43,783 nt of DNA from Nitrospinales bacterium (GCA_046757665.1 JBHHYO010000014.1:1-43783); one strand, 5' to 3'. Positions 17,840-30,879 are shown, numbered from the stretch's first letter. The notes: generated by a model not told the origin, from the letters alone. Made by a program: numbers and translations.

Positions 17840-18487
17840 TTATTTGACGGTGATTTTGTTCACGGACTGAGCGATCATTTTCAATTTATTGACTTTATCC
17901 TTAAGAAATCTCCGGTCGGCTTTTTTCCGGCCCCGCGTTCCCTTGCTCCCTCCTGACAACTTTGCGATTTTCTTATGCCTCTCCGGCGGATTGGCGGATG
18001 CTTTTTGCGCCGCGGGCGCAGGTTTCTTTTTGCCGCGCAAGGTTTTCGCTTTCCTTGCGGACGCATTCAAAATACGGCTTGCGCTCTCCAGGCATTGCGG
18101 CTGACTCGCCGAATCCAGTTTCCTGTAAATGCCGAGGAGTTTCTTTTCCGAGTTGTCGATTGCGAGGAGGCCTTTTGCCGGCGGGTCCTGAAAGGTGATC
18201 TTGCCGGACTGAAAATCACAGTGCTTGACTTTTGGCAAGACCTCATTTTTGGCAACCGTTGAACGCGGAACGATATCCAGCTCCGTCACTTCGGTCGTCA
18301 GCAACTGATCGAGAGAAAGGTTTCCCAGTTTGGCGATTTTGACGAGAATTGATACCGGCGCATCACGTTCCCCCGCCTCGTACCTCACATAGGTCCTGAA
18401 TCCGACGCTTAAAATATCGGCCATGGCCAATTGTGTGCATCGCAATTCCTTGCGGATCAATTTGAGATTCTGAGCCAAGATGGACAT
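17840..18487 (-). CDS. XRE-family HTH protein with Lys/Arg-rich C-terminal tail
   Basis: LAQNLKLIRKELRCTQLAMADIL....RTYVRYEAGERDAPVSILVKIA. Confidence 0.85.
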   Translation of the reverse strand: MSILAQNLKLIRKELRCTQLAMADILSVGFRTYVRYEAGERDAPVSILVKIAKLGNLSLDQLLTTEVTELDIVPRSTVAKNEVLPKVKHCDFQSGKITFQDPPAKGLLAIDNSEKKLLGIYRKLDSASQPQCLESASRILNASARKAKTLRGKKKPAPAAQKASANPPERHKKIAKLSGGSKGTRGRKKADRRFLKDKVNKLKMIAQSVNKITVK

Positions 18488-18497
18488 GGTTGCCTGG

Positions 18498-19556
<1,059 letters not shown>

Positions 19557-19577
19557 CTAACCTCAATAATACCACAA

Positions 19578-19606
19578 ATTTTAACCAATAAAACCCGCAA
19601 GGTCAA
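19578..19606 (-). promoter_or_regulatory. Sigma70-like promoter for hemB (TTGACC-N17-TAAAAT)
   Basis: Near-consensus hexamers with a 17-bp spacer, about 70 bp upstream of hemB. Confidence 0.55.
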
Positions 19607-19647
19607 CGTCATCGCCACGGGACCGGCTGGACATCGCCCACTAGATC

Positions 19648-19724
<77 letters not shown>

Positions 19725-19938
19725 GTGACCAGAGTTTCAGATTGTTCTTGGACGATTTCTTTTTTTGTGGCAACCTCAAAATAATTGTCAAGGGGAACAG
19801 GAGAAATCACTCGATGTTTCGGCGTCACCCACTTACTGCTCTTCGTACCAACTCGTTCCCAATTCTAAAGTATTCGAAAGATGAAATCAATTTCGCCTGT
19901 CTTAAACCCAGCCGCTCCCAAAGGATTTTATCGTCGAT

Positions 19939-22047
19939 ATGAACAAGAAATATCTCGTCCTGTCCGGTGGGGTTTTTTGTTTCTTCTTTCTTCTGCTCAC
20001 GCCGTTGGGTTTGTTCAACGATTGGATCCCGCCTCTGACGCAAACCGGATATTATTTTGCGACGCAAATCGATCCCGGCGATGACACCGGCTATTATGCC
20101 TACCTGAGATCCGGTTTTTTTGACGGCGACTTCGATTTTATCAATGAAAGAAATTACGCTCATGTCGAAAAGTTCACTCCTACAGGATATGTGTTCAACA
20201 ATTGGCAGATCGGCCAAAGTATCCTGTTCCTGCCGTTTTTCCTGCTGGGACATTTTGTCGCGCTAATTTACAACAAGCTGGGTTATGCCGTTTCCGTCGA
20301 TGGATACTCCCCTCCCTATTATTTGGCAACCGCTCTGGCTTCGCAAACCTACCTGTTCGCCGGACTTCTTTTTTTATTTAATATCGTAAGAGAACGTTTC
20401 CGGCCATTCATCGCCTGGACAGCCGTAATGGCGATTTGGCTGGGTTCGCCGCTGATTTACTATACCTTCATTCGACAACGAATGGCGCACACGGCAGAGT
20501 TCTTTCTGGCCGCGGTTTTCCTGTGGTTTTGGCTGAAGGAGAGAACATCGGAAGATAATTACAAGCACGCCATCATGGGAGGTATCCTGGGATTTTTGTG
20601 CATGGTGCGCTTGCTCGACGTGGCTTTTCTGGCGCTTTATCTGGCGGATCAAATTTTCCTCGTGCAATCGAGAAAGAATCTTCCGCTATCGCGGAAGGTA
20701 AAAATCCTGTTTGTGCGTGCCGGCTGTTTCGGCGGTTTTTTTGTCCTGATGCTGTTGCCGCAATTCCTGGCGTGGCACCAGTTAAATGGCGTCTCCCTGC
20801 CGGCGCGGCACATTGCATTCGCGGAACGGGGCCTGGCCGCCTTTTCCTTGTCTCCGTTTCTGGTTAAACTCTTGTCGCTTTTCCTGAGCACGCGGTGGGG
20901 ATTGATGCTGGCCGCGCCGGTAATGGTTCTTGGCTTAATCGGCACTTTCCTGGGAAACGGAATTTCGAGGCAGTTGCGGTTCGGGTTCGGTGTTTATTTA
21001 AGCTTCCTGTTTTTGATGATCATTTTGTACCCCGAAGATGCCGCCTCCTATAGCCAGCGCCACCTGATTTCCAGCCTGCCGGTCCTGGCTCTGGGCCTGG
21101 CCGCTGTTTTGAGCAAATGCGCCCGCTACCGTTGGCTCGGCGGCGCGGCAATCGCCTTTGTGGGTGTCTGCATTGCCGGCCAGTATTTTATGCTGATCCA
21201 GTATAAAGTCACGATCATATATAATGACCCGCAATTTGCGTTAAAAGCTTTATCCAGGATTCCATCGGTTTTGTTGAACCATTCCGAGTCGTTGTTACGG
21301 TCCAGCAATTTTTTTAAATTGCTTTTCCTGGACCATCCGAAAACCTGGAACTACCAGGACGTTCTGTTTTTGATCCTGTTTCCCCTGGCACAAATGATCT
21401 GCGTTGCGCTGGTGGTTTTGGCTTGGCGCCGGCCGTCTAAAACGAAGGAGAACCGGACAGAGATATTTCAATCCAGGCACATTGCGGGCGGCCTGGTTTT
21501 GGCCCCGCTTTTATTGGCGTTGCTTGTTGGAACGCTGGCGCCTGACAAGACTCCAAAAGAAATTACCAATCGAAAAATCGCCGCGGCTTTAATTGCGCAA
21601 GGAGACCTGTCGCTTCAGAAGGGACAAGCGGATAGAGCTCTCGCCCTGTTCAAAAGGGCTTCCGAACTATTGCCGGAACTTTGGACCACTTATTACAAGA
21701 TAGGAGTTGTCTACGAAACCAAAAAACTGCTTCTCGAGGCAAACAAAAACTACCGGAAAGTCTTGTCCCTCGAACCGAATCAGGTCTTCACATTATTTAA
21801 TCTGGGAGACAACCTCCTGGCGCTCGGAGATTTAAAACAAGCCGAGAAATATCTTACCGCCTCAATGCGCATCCTCCCTACCGACAAGGCCGTTTACAAT
21901 TCCCTTGGACGCTTGTATGCGTTTCAGAAAAAACTTGAAGCGTCGCGGGAAATGTTCCAGGCCGCGATCGCCCGTGACCCGCAATTTAGCGAAGCTCACG
22001 CCAACCTGGCAGTTGTATCGGCTATGATCGAGGACTCTAAAAAATGA
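19939..22047 (+). CDS. Polytopic GT-C-like membrane protein with C-terminal TPRs, copy 1
   Basis: DPGDDTGYYAYLRS acidic loop after TM1; more than 10 TM segments; about 4-5 TPR repeats. Confidence 0.75.
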   Translation: MNKKYLVLSGGVFCFFFLLLTPLGLFNDWIPPLTQTGYYFATQIDPGDDTGYYAYLRSGFFDGDFDFINERNYAHVEKFTPTGYVFNNWQIGQSILFLPFFLLGHFVALIYNKLGYAVSVDGYSPPYYLATALASQTYLFAGLLFLFNIVRERFRPFIAWTAVMAIWLGSPLIYYTFIRQRMAHTAEFFLAAVFLWFWLKERTSEDNYKHAIMGGILGFLCMVRLLDVAFLALYLADQIFLVQSRKNLPLSRKVKILFVRAGCFGGFFVLMLLPQFLAWHQLNGVSLPARHIAFAERGLAAFSLSPFLVKLLSLFLSTRWGLMLAAPVMVLGLIGTFLGNGISRQLRFGFGVYLSFLFLMIILYPEDAASYSQRHLISSLPVLALGLAAVLSKCARYRWLGGAAIAFVGVCIAGQYFMLIQYKVTIIYNDPQFALKALSRIPSVLLNHSESLLRSSNFFKLLFLDHPKTWNYQDVLFLILFPLAQMICVALVVLAWRRPSKTKENRTEIFQSRHIAGGLVLAPLLLALLVGTLAPDKTPKEITNRKIAAALIAQGDLSLQKGQADRALALFKRASELLPELWTTYYKIGVVYETKKLLLEANKNYRKVLSLEPNQVFTLFNLGDNLLALGDLKQAEKYLTASMRILPTDKAVYNSLGRLYAFQKKLEASREMFQAAIARDPQFSEAHANLAVVSAMIEDSKK

Positions 22048-22102
22048 GCTATCGGCAAGCTCGGCAACCTGCTGAAGCGACTGCGCCAAGGGCAAATAAA
22101 AT

Positions 22103-24313
22103 ATGAATAAGAACGAGACATTAAGTAAAAAATATTTTGTTCTGTTGGGTCTGGCGTTTTATTTCTTTTTCCTGGTTCTTACGCCGCTGGGTCTGTTCAA
22201 CGATTGGATACCGCCCCTGACACAAAAAGGATATTATTCCGTAACAACGATCGACCCCGGCGATGACACGGGATATTACGCCTACCTGAGGTCCGGGTTT
22301 TTCGATGGCGACTGGGATTTCATCAATGAACATCATTACGCGCATTCTGAAAAATTCACCTCCACCGGCTATGTGTCCAACTATTGGCAAATCGGGCAAA
22401 GTGTTTTGTTCCTGCCGTTTTTTCTGCTGGGGCACCTGGCCGCTTTAATCTATAACAAGCTGGGTTATGCCGTTTCCGTCGATGGCTATTCCGCTCCTTA
22501 TTATATGGCGACAGCGATCGCTTCCCAGACTTACCTTTTTGCCGGCCTCCTTCTTTTATTCAGCATTTTAAAAAAGCGTTTTGGCGATTTCACAGCCTTA
22601 ATTTCAACCTTGGCGGTCTGGCTGGGCTCACCGCTGATCTATTACACATTCATTCGCCAAAGGATGGCCCATACTGCCGAATTTTTTGTGGTGGTCGTGT
22701 TTTTTTATTTTTGGCTGGAGCATCGGAAATCGAACAACCTTTATCTACACGCATGGCTTGGAAGTATTTTAGGTTTCCTGTGCATGATTCGCATAGTCAA
22801 CGTTATCTTTTTTGCTCTTTACATGACGGACAAACTTCTTCTGATACGCTCCGGCAATCGCAACTCATCAGTAGAAATGATGAAGGTTGCCGCACCATAC
22901 TTCACTGCTTTTTCCCTTTCCTTCATGCTGGTTTTATCGCCTCAATTCCTTGCCTGGCACAGGCTCTATGGCGTGCCCATCGACACGTCTAATTTCAGCT
23001 TTGTGGTGGATGAGACATCCCGGATGTCATTTCTATCTATTCCAGGAAAATTATATGCCGTTATGCTGAAAGCGCGCTGGGGGGTGCTGTGGTCAGCCCC
23101 ACTACTGGTTATTGGGTTTGCGGGCCTTTTAACGGCAAAAGATTTTCTTAAGGAAATCAGAGTCCCCTTAATGGTTTTTTTAGTATCCCTGGTTTCTCTT
23201 ATTGTCTTGATTCACGATTCTATCGGAACATATGGATATCGTTACCTGGTGGTCTGCCTCCCGATTCTTGCGCTGGGTTTAGGAGCTATTTTAGAAAAAT
23301 GTTTTCGAAGCCGTTTGGGCATGTTTTTGTCCGTTTTGTTTGTTGCACTCTGCGTAACGGCGCAATACTTTATGATTATCCAATATAAAGTTACCCTGCT
23401 ACACAACGACCCTGAGTTTACGCTGAAAGCGCTGGACGCAATACTCTCCCTGATTATGAACCAGCCGCATCTCCTGCTACGCTCGACCAATTTCATGCGA
23501 CTCATTTTTCTCGATCATCCCCAAGGCTGGGACTACAACGACTTCCTGTTTTTGTTTGTTTTTCCCCTGGCCCAATTCATCTGCGTCGGCTTGCTGTGTT
23601 TCTCCTTTTATTGGCTCAAAAAAGACAATGGACGAGAGATTAAGAACCATTTTAAATTTTTATTGGGTTTGGGAGTGCTATTCGGCTTTTCGTTGAACAT
23701 CATTGTTCAGGCGGTCACGCCGTCCAAAACGGCGCAGGAAGTTGATGCCCGCCGGCAATACATCCAGGCGATGAAAGAAGCCGACTTGGCGTTTGAAAAG
23801 GGTCAAAATAATCGCGCCATTAATTTATATTTAAAGGCGCAAAATCTGATCCCCGAACTTCCTGCCTCCAATTTCAAAATAGGTTTGTCCCTGGACAAGG
23901 AAAAAAAACCCAACGAGGCTAACAAATATTATAAAAAAGTTCTGAACGAATACCCGGGTAACGCCGCGGCTCGATATAACTTGGGAATTAACCTGGTGTC
24001 GCTTGGTCAGTTTCAAGAGGCGGAAAAAAACCTGGAAATTGCTGTCCGGTTAGCGCCGGGGAACAAGAAAATCTATAATGCACTCGCCAAGATTTATGCG
24101 AAAAAAAATGATTTAAATACGGCAACAAAATTTTTTCAGGCCGCGCTGACGATTGACCCGGAATACGGAAAGGCCCATGCCAACCTGGCGCTTCTTTTTA
24201 CGATTCTGAAAAATCCCGTGGAGGCAAAAGAGCATTTAAATGCGGCGATACGGCTCGGTGTAACGGACCCGCTGGTTGCACAGTTGTCGAAATTCCATCA
24301 AATTCACAACTGA
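22103..24313 (+). CDS. Polytopic GT-C-like membrane protein with C-terminal TPRs, copy 2
   Basis: Tandem paralog with the same DPGDDTGYYAYLRSGFFDGD and SPLIYYTFIRQRMAHTAEFF motifs; TPRs. Confidence 0.75.
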   Translation: MNKNETLSKKYFVLLGLAFYFFFLVLTPLGLFNDWIPPLTQKGYYSVTTIDPGDDTGYYAYLRSGFFDGDWDFINEHHYAHSEKFTSTGYVSNYWQIGQSVLFLPFFLLGHLAALIYNKLGYAVSVDGYSAPYYMATAIASQTYLFAGLLLLFSILKKRFGDFTALISTLAVWLGSPLIYYTFIRQRMAHTAEFFVVVVFFYFWLEHRKSNNLYLHAWLGSILGFLCMIRIVNVIFFALYMTDKLLLIRSGNRNSSVEMMKVAAPYFTAFSLSFMLVLSPQFLAWHRLYGVPIDTSNFSFVVDETSRMSFLSIPGKLYAVMLKARWGVLWSAPLLVIGFAGLLTAKDFLKEIRVPLMVFLVSLVSLIVLIHDSIGTYGYRYLVVCLPILALGLGAILEKCFRSRLGMFLSVLFVALCVTAQYFMIIQYKVTLLHNDPEFTLKALDAILSLIMNQPHLLLRSTNFMRLIFLDHPQGWDYNDFLFLFVFPLAQFICVGLLCFSFYWLKKDNGREIKNHFKFLLGLGVLFGFSLNIIVQAVTPSKTAQEVDARRQYIQAMKEADLAFEKGQNNRAINLYLKAQNLIPELPASNFKIGLSLDKEKKPNEANKYYKKVLNEYPGNAAARYNLGINLVSLGQFQEAEKNLEIAVRLAPGNKKIYNALAKIYAKKNDLNTATKFFQAALTIDPEYGKAHANLALLFTILKNPVEAKEHLNAAIRLGVTDPLVAQLSKFHQIHN

Positions 24314-24336
24314 AATGCCACAGTCTTGGCAAGTGG

Positions 24337-25137
24337 TTAATGGCTGGATTGTATCGCCTGCTTGACGCGGGCAATAAAATCGCCAACCAGAATATCTCTC
24401 TGGGCGGGGTCGGGGGTTTGCTCGATGATTTTCATGATGGCGCTACCGATGATAACGCCGTCGGATATCGCCGCGGCCTGGCGGGCCTGATCGGGGCCTG
24501 AGATGCCAAAACCAATTAAAACCGGCGTCGTGGCGGTATTTTTGATCTGCTTGACTTTCTCTTGCAACCCGTCGGCCAGGGAAGTCCGGACTCCCGTAAC
24601 ACCGGTCAGGGATATGTAATAAATAAATCCCCGGCTTCGACGAGCCACCATTTCCACTCGCTCCCCGGTGCTGGTTGGAGCTAAAAGGTAAATCAGGTCC
24701 AACCCTTTTTCCCCGGCGAACCCGGCAAGCTCTCCGGCTTCTTCCGGAGGCAGATCGGGAATGATCACGCCGTCAACCCCGGCCCGGACGGCGTCATCGA
24801 CAAACGCTTTTTGACCATAAACATACACGGGATTGAAACTGCTCATCAACACGATGGGAAGTTCGGAGCTCTGGCGGATTTCGCGCACCATGTGAAGAAT
24901 TTTTTTCAACGTCGTGCCGCTCTCCAGAGAGCGCAGGGCGGATTGCAAAATGACGGGGCCATCCGCGAGCGGATCGGTGAAGGGCACGCCAATTTCAATG
25001 ATATCCGCGCCGTTTTTTTCGATCACGCCAAAGAGTTTTTTGGTGGTCTCGAGGCTGGGATAGCCGGCGGTAAGAAAAGCGACCAACGCTTTTCGCTCTT
25101 TCAGTTCTTCTTGAAAGCGTTTGCCTATGCGCGTCAC
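24337..25137 (-). CDS. trpA: Tryptophan synthase alpha chain
   Basis: [33 protein letters not shown]. Confidence 0.97.
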   Translation of the reverse strand: MTRIGKRFQEELKERKALVAFLTAGYPSLETTKKLFGVIEKNGADIIEIGVPFTDPLADGPVILQSALRSLESGTTLKKILHMVREIRQSSELPIVLMSSFNPVYVYGQKAFVDDAVRAGVDGVIIPDLPPEEAGELAGFAGEKGLDLIYLLAPTSTGERVEMVARRSRGFIYYISLTGVTGVRTSLADGLQEKVKQIKNTATTPVLIGFGISGPDQARQAAAISDGVIIGSAIMKIIEQTPDPAQRDILVGDFIARVKQAIQSSH

Positions 25138-26333
25138 AAGGCTCCCCCAATTCTGTCGGCGACCTGTTGCACATCCTTGTCGCCGCGGCCCGAAAGGCAG
25201 ACGATAATGATTTCGTCCTTTTTCATTTGCGGTGCCAGCCGGGTCACATGGGCAATGGCGTGTGCCGATTCCAGGGCGGGGATCAATCCCTCCTGACGCG
25301 ACAACAATTTAAACCCTTCGATGGCCTCCTCGTCGGTTATTGCCGTGTACCGGGCGCGCCCGATCTCCTTGAGGTAACTGTGCTCGCAACCGACACCGGG
25401 ATAATCCAGCCCGGCGGAAATGGAATGGGCTTCATTGATCTGACCGTCCGCATCGTGCAGGACGACACTTTTCATTCCGTGGAGCACGCCGGTGGTTCCG
25501 CGATGCAGGGAGGCGCCGTGCTTTCCCGAATCCAGTCCCAGGCCAGCGGCCTCGACGCCGATCAGGCGGACGTTTTCGTGCGGGATAAACGGGTAAAACA
25601 ATCCCATGGAATTGCTTCCCCCGCCCACGCAGGCCACGCAGGCGTCCGGCAGGCGGCCCTCCGCTTCGCGGATCTGCGTCATCGCTTCCTCGCCGATGAT
25701 TTTCTGGAAATCGCGGACCATCATCGGGAAGGGGTGCGGCCCCACAACGGAGCCGATGATGTAATGCGTGGTTTCCACGCTGGCGATCCAGTCGCGGATG
25801 GCCTCACTGGTAGCTTCCTTGAGGGTGCGCGTTCCGGCGCTTACCGGAACCACCGAAGCGCCCAGCAGTTTCATACGGAACACGTTGAGTTCCTGCCGCC
25901 GCATATCTTCCTCGCCCATGAACACGTCGCATTGCAAGCCGAACAACGCCGCCGCCGTGGCAGTGGCCACGCCATGCTGTCCGGCTCCGGTTTCGGCAAT
26001 AACCCGCTTTTTTTTCATACGCAGGGTCAGTAGCGCCCCGGCGATAGTGTTGTTGATCTTGTGGGCGCCGGTATGGTTGAGGTCTTCCCGCTTCAAATAA
26101 ATTTTGGCGCCGCCGAGGTGGCGAGTGAGGTTTTCCGCGAAATAAAGCGGTGACGGACGCCCCACATAGGTTTTCAGGTAATAGGCCAGTTGTTCCTTGA
26201 AAGCCGGGTCTTCCCGGGCCTCCCGATAAACTTTTTCCAATTCGTCCAGAGCTGGCATCAACGTTTCGATCACGAATTTTCCGCCGAAATCTCCAAAGTG
26301 GCCCTGTTTGTCCGGTACGCACGCATAGTCCAT
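25134..26333 (-). CDS. trpB: Tryptophan synthase beta chain
   Basis: [44 protein letters not shown]; start ATG 26333. Confidence 0.97.
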   Translation of the reverse strand: MDYACVPDKQGHFGDFGGKFVIETLMPALDELEKVYREAREDPAFKEQLAYYLKTYVGRPSPLYFAENLTRHLGGAKIYLKREDLNHTGAHKINNTIAGALLTLRMKKKRVIAETGAGQHGVATATAAALFGLQCDVFMGEEDMRRQELNVFRMKLLGASVVPVSAGTRTLKEATSEAIRDWIASVETTHYIIGSVVGPHPFPMMVRDFQKIIGEEAMTQIREAEGRLPDACVACVGGGSNSMGLFYPFIPHENVRLIGVEAAGLGLDSGKHGASLHRGTTGVLHGMKSVVLHDADGQINEAHSISAGLDYPGVGCEHSYLKEIGRARYTAITDEEAIEGFKLLSRQEGLIPALESAHAIAHVTRLAPQMKKDEIIIVCLSGRGDKDVQQVADRIGGAL

Positions 26334-26344
26334 GGGACTTTTCC

Positions 26345-26986
26345 TCAAGAATTTTTTTTGCCGCCGGCGACGGCATTAAAGAACGCCCGGATTTTCGCCG
26401 GACTCTTTTTCCCCGGCGACTTTTCCACGCCGGAACACACATCGATACCGTAAGGCCGCACGCGCCGGACGGCATCGGCGACATTGTCCGGATTCAATCC
26501 TCCCGCGAGGATGACGGGCCCGTATTTTGTAGCGCCGCGCGCCAGGGACCAATCGCAAGGCCGGCCGGTGCCGCCCCGCCTTTCCCCGGAATAAGCGTCG
26601 AGCAAAAACCCGGCAACCCGGTAAGCGTTCAAGCCCGCCAGCGAACGGGAATCCTTTAGCTGTACCGCCTTGATGACCTTGCGGTTCATTTTTTTGCAAT
26701 AGGCAGGCGATTCATCACCGTGCAGTTGAACATAATCCAGCCGGCAGGCGTCGGCGACGCGGTTGACCCGGTCCGCCGATTCGTTCACGAAAACCCCTAC
26801 CCGGCTCACGAACGGCGGCAACGTGGAAATAATTTCCTTCACCGTACGCCGTGAAACGAACCGCGGACTTTTATTATAAAATATAAATCCCACCGCGTCC
26901 GCGCCATACTGAACCGCCAGCAAGGCATCGGCCAGATTGGTTATGCCGCAAATTTTTATTTTAACCGGAGACTTGGTTTTTCTCAT
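26345..26986 (-). CDS. trpF: Phosphoribosylanthranilate isomerase
   Basis: KICGIT, VQLHGDE, GGTG, LAGGL, DVCSGVE. Confidence 0.95.
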   Translation of the reverse strand: MRKTKSPVKIKICGITNLADALLAVQYGADAVGFIFYNKSPRFVSRRTVKEIISTLPPFVSRVGVFVNESADRVNRVADACRLDYVQLHGDESPAYCKKMNRKVIKAVQLKDSRSLAGLNAYRVAGFLLDAYSGERRGGTGRPCDWSLARGATKYGPVILAGGLNPDNVADAVRRVRPYGIDVCSGVEKSPGKKSPAKIRAFFNAVAGGKKNS

Positions 26987-27773
26987 GACCCACCAGTTTT
27001 CTAAGCTGTCCGGGGATATCGTCGGCGGTCATCAGACTTTCGCCCACCAGGAAAGCGTGCGCCCCTAACTTTTCAAACTCGACAATTTCCTGCCGGCCCC
27101 GAATGCCGCTTTCGCAGACGAGAACGTTTTGCGGATCCCAAGCCGCCTCTTTGAGCAAGCGGCGGGCAACGTCCAGGTCGGTCTTGCCCGTGGTCAAGTC
27201 CCGGTTATTGATGCCGATTACGGACGCACCCGCGGCGAAGGCCTTTTCCATATCGCGCTCATGATGGGTTTCCACAAGAGCCGTCAAACCGATCTCCTTG
27301 CCCAAAGCCAGCAGTTCCGCCAGATGATTTTTATCCAGCCAGGTGGCAATCAAAAGAAACATGTCCGCGCCGAAAGCCCGCGATTCATAAACCTGGTATT
27401 CCGCAAAAATAAAATCCTTGCGCAACAGGGGAACCTGTTCCCAGCGATTGCGCGCCTCACCGAGGAATTCAATATTGCCGCCGAAATAAAGTTCCTCCGT
27501 AAGAATGGAAAGAGCGGTGGCGCCGTTTTCAACGTAAAGGCCGGCAATTTGCATCGCGTCGAAATCCTGCCGCAGTTCACCCTTGAACGGACTCCGCCTT
27601 TTAATCTCGGCAATGATCCGCGACGCTCCCGGCTCTTTCAATGCACCGGCAACATCCAGGGCCGGCTTCTGGTGTCCCATGATGTTCTTGAGAGCGCGCA
27701 GGGGAAGTTGTCTTTCCGTATCTTCCAGCCGGTTTTTTTTATCCGCGAATATGCGATCCAGAATGGTGCTCAT
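26961..27773 (-). CDS. trpC: Indole-3-glycerol phosphate synthase
   Basis: IAEIKRRSP, LRKDF, GINNRDL, ESGI, LVGESLM. Confidence 0.96.
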   Translation of the reverse strand: MSTILDRIFADKKNRLEDTERQLPLRALKNIMGHQKPALDVAGALKEPGASRIIAEIKRRSPFKGELRQDFDAMQIAGLYVENGATALSILTEELYFGGNIEFLGEARNRWEQVPLLRKDFIFAEYQVYESRAFGADMFLLIATWLDKNHLAELLALGKEIGLTALVETHHERDMEKAFAAGASVIGINNRDLTTGKTDLDVARRLLKEAAWDPQNVLVCESGIRGRQEIVEFEKLGAHAFLVGESLMTADDIPGQLRKLVGHEKNQVSG

Positions 27774-27791
27774 TCATCCCACCTGGCCAGC

Positions 27792-28802
27792 TCAAGCATT
27801 GCTGACATGGCAAAGGTCCGTCAACTTTTTCAGAGCCGCGCCGGAGTCAATCGAATCCTCGGCCACTACCAAGGCGGATTCCAGCGTATCCACCCTGCCG
27901 GCGGCGGTAATGGCGGCGGCCGCGTTCAATACCACGACATCCCTTTGAGGCCCCTTGTGCCCGCTCAAAATGCTCCGAATAATCGCCGCATTATCCTCCG
28001 GCGATCCCCCTTTCAATTCGTCCGCGGAACAGCGCCGCAATCCGAACTGTTCCGGCTCGATTTTATAATTGTTGATCTCTCCCTTCCTCAATTCCGAAAC
28101 GCGGGTAGGCGCGGCAAGGGAAATTTCATCCAGCCCATCGTCTCCGTGAACGATAAAAGCGTGCCGCGAGCCAAGACTTCTCAGTACCTGGGCCAGAGGA
28201 AACGTCCACCCCGGGTCGTACACCCCGATCACCTGGGCATGGGCGCCGGCCGGGTTGGTCAGCGGTCCCAGAAGATTGAATATCGTTCGGAAGCCCAGCA
28301 ACTTTCTGACTTCCGCGGCATTTTTCATCGCCGGGTGCATCCTGGGAGCGAATAAAAACCCAATACCGACTTGTTCCAGGCATCGTTCAACCGTATACGT
28401 TTCCGCATCAATATTGACTCCGAGGCATTTCAGAACGTCGGCGCTACCCGAACGGCTGGAAACGGCCCTGTTGCCGTGTTTAGCGACGGTGATTCCGGCT
28501 CCCGCAACAACAAACGCGGCGGCGGTGGATATGTTGAACGTATCCGCCGTGTCGCCGCCCGTGCCGCACGTGTCGAGAACCGGGTCCGCGGACACGGCCA
28601 GGGTCACCGCTTTTCGGCGCATCGCTTTTGCCGCCCCGGCGATTTCGTCCACGGACTCGCCCTTGATGCGCAGAGCCGTCAAAAAGGCTCCCAACACGAT
28701 GGGGTCCGCCTCGCCGTCCATAATCTGCATCATGACCTTTTCCATCTCTTCCCCGGAAAGATCATGGCCACTCACCACTTTTTGCAAGGCATTTGCGATC
28801 AT
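27792..28802 (-). CDS. trpD: Anthranilate phosphoribosyltransferase
   Basis: [32 protein letters not shown]; start ATG 28802. Confidence 0.96.
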   Translation of the reverse strand: MIANALQKVVSGHDLSGEEMEKVMMQIMDGEADPIVLGAFLTALRIKGESVDEIAGAAKAMRRKAVTLAVSADPVLDTCGTGGDTADTFNISTAAAFVVAGAGITVAKHGNRAVSSRSGSADVLKCLGVNIDAETYTVERCLEQVGIGFLFAPRMHPAMKNAAEVRKLLGFRTIFNLLGPLTNPAGAHAQVIGVYDPGWTFPLAQVLRSLGSRHAFIVHGDDGLDEISLAAPTRVSELRKGEINNYKIEPEQFGLRRCSADELKGGSPEDNAAIIRSILSGHKGPQRDVVVLNAAAAITAAGRVDTLESALVVAEDSIDSGAALKKLTDLCHVSNA

Positions 28803-29386
28803 CGGGATTCTCCCAGCGCCAGAGACATCTCCAAAAAATTCTTCAACAACTCCTTGCCGCATTCGGTGAGGATGGATTCGGGATGAAACTGGATTCCCTC
28901 GACAAAAAATTCTTTGTGACGAATCCCCATAACCTCATGCTCCCCGGTTTCGGCGGTCACCTGCAAACAGTCCGGCACGTCTTCCTTCTTGACGATCAGC
29001 GAATGGTAGCGCGTCGCCTCGAAGGGATTGGGCAGGTTTTTAAAAACCGTTTTGCCGTCATGGCGGATCATGGAAGTTTTGCCGTGCATCAGCTTGTCGG
29101 CCTTGACGATTTTTCCGCCGAACGCCGCGACAATCGACTGATGCCCCAGACAAACGCCGAGCAAGGGGATTTTTCCGGCAAAATGTTTCACCGTATCCAT
29201 GGAAATCCCGGCTTTTTCCGGAGTGCACGGCCCCGGCGAAATGACGATTTTTTGCGGGCGCAGGCGCTCCATTTCCTTGAGGGTGATCTTGTCGTTTCGG
29301 TAAACGCGCACGTCGGCGCCCAACTCTCCCAGGTATTGCACCAGGTTGTAGGTGAAGGAGTCGTAATTGTCGATCATCAAGATCAT
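28799..29386 (-). CDS. trpG: Anthranilate synthase component II (glutamine amidotransferase)
   Basis: [29 protein letters not shown]. Confidence 0.95.
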   Translation of the reverse strand: MILMIDNYDSFTYNLVQYLGELGADVRVYRNDKITLKEMERLRPQKIVISPGPCTPEKAGISMDTVKHFAGKIPLLGVCLGHQSIVAAFGGKIVKADKLMHGKTSMIRHDGKTVFKNLPNPFEATRYHSLIVKKEDVPDCLQVTAETGEHEVMGIRHKEFFVEGIQFHPESILTECGKELLKNFLEMSLALGESR

Positions 29387-30876
29387 AAGACCAACCCCCG
29401 CTCGGCCAGCGCAATGGCCTTCAATAACGCTTTGCCCTTGTTCATGGTCTCCTCGAATTCCCGCTCCGGATCGGAGTCGGCGACAATCCCCGCGCCGACG
29501 CCCAGATAGGCGGTCTGCCCTTTGATGACCAGGGTGCGAATGGCGATGGCCGTATCCATGTTGCCGGTAAAACTGATATAACCCACCGCTCCGCCATACA
29601 AGCCGCGGCGCGTCGGCTCCAACTCGTCGATAATCTCCATCGCCCGGATTTTCGGCGCGCCGGATAACGTCCCGGCGGGAAAAGCGGCTTTCAGCACGTC
29701 AAAACAATCATACCCCTTTTTCAAGAGACATCGAACATTGGAAACGATGTGCATGACATGGGAATAGCGTTCCACGACGAATTTTTCATTCACCTCCACA
29801 CTGCTCACCTCGGCAACCCTGCCCAGATCGTTGCGGCCCAAATCGACGAGCATGATGTGTTCCGCCAATTCTTTTTCGTCGCTTAGAAGATCGCGCTCCA
29901 ACGCCAGGTCTTCCTCTTCCGAAAGACCCCGCGGGCGGGTTCCGGCAATGGGGCGGTTTTCCACCCGGGCGCCTTCCTGGCGAACCAGCACTTCCGGGGA
30001 AGAACCGACTACCCGGATATCCCCGAAATTCAGGTAGTACATGTAAGGCGAAGGATTGATGGTGCGCAACGCCCGGTAAATGGTGAAGGGGTCCCGGGTG
30101 ACCTCAAACTTCAAGCGTTGCGCCAGCACGGTTTGTATGACGTCGCCTTCGACGATATATTTCTTTATTTTCAGAACCGCCTGCTTGAAATCTTCCTTTG
30201 CGAAATTGGATTCAAACCGGGGCTCGGGAGAATCGGCACAATGGTTTTCGGCAAGAGAGGAAGCCGGCAGGCTTTGCCGAAGCTTGTTTTCGATCGATTC
30301 GATTTTCTCAATGGCCCGGCGATACGCTGTCTCCGGGTCGCCGTTTTCGACGAACGCATTGGAAACGATCTTGATCGTCTGGCCCACATTGTCGAAAATC
30401 AGCAACGTATCGGTGATGACGAAAAGAGCATCGGGGAGATTGAGGTCGTCCGTGGCGCCGTCCGGCAGGTCCTCGAAAAAACGCGCCGCGTCATAACCGA
30501 TGAATCCGACGGCGCCGCCGGTAAAGCGGGGCAAACCCTTGGTGGGCACCGGTTTGTATCTTGCAAGAATTTCCTTCAACCCGGCAAGGGGATTGTTGCC
30601 GGCAACCTTTTTTTCTTCCTCAACCCCATTCTTGCTGACGGTAACCCGTCCGCCCTTGATACGGACAATCATGGAGGGGTCGCAACCCAGGAAGCAATAG
30701 CGAGCCCATTTTTCTCCGCCTTCGACGCTTTCCAGCAAAAAGGAATAGGAACCGCCGCCGATTTTCATGTAGGCGGAAACGGGCGTTTCCAAATCGGCGA
30801 TAATCTCCTTGTAAACGGGAATCAGGTTTCCCTGATCGGCCTTCTTTTTGAACTCTTGCAAACCGGGTTTCAGCAT
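29383..30876 (-). CDS. trpE: Anthranilate synthase component I
   Basis: [45 protein letters not shown]; start ATG 30876. Confidence 0.96.
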   Translation of the reverse strand: MLKPGLQEFKKKADQGNLIPVYKEIIADLETPVSAYMKIGGGSYSFLLESVEGGEKWARYCFLGCDPSMIVRIKGGRVTVSKNGVEEEKKVAGNNPLAGLKEILARYKPVPTKGLPRFTGGAVGFIGYDAARFFEDLPDGATDDLNLPDALFVITDTLLIFDNVGQTIKIVSNAFVENGDPETAYRRAIEKIESIENKLRQSLPASSLAENHCADSPEPRFESNFAKEDFKQAVLKIKKYIVEGDVIQTVLAQRLKFEVTRDPFTIYRALRTINPSPYMYYLNFGDIRVVGSSPEVLVRQEGARVENRPIAGTRPRGLSEEEDLALERDLLSDEKELAEHIMLVDLGRNDLGRVAEVSSVEVNEKFVVERYSHVMHIVSNVRCLLKKGYDCFDVLKAAFPAGTLSGAPKIRAMEIIDELEPTRRGLYGGAVGYISFTGNMDTAIAIRTLVIKGQTAYLGVGAGIVADSDPEREFEETMNKGKALLKAIALAERGLVL

Positions 30877-30879
30877 AAT

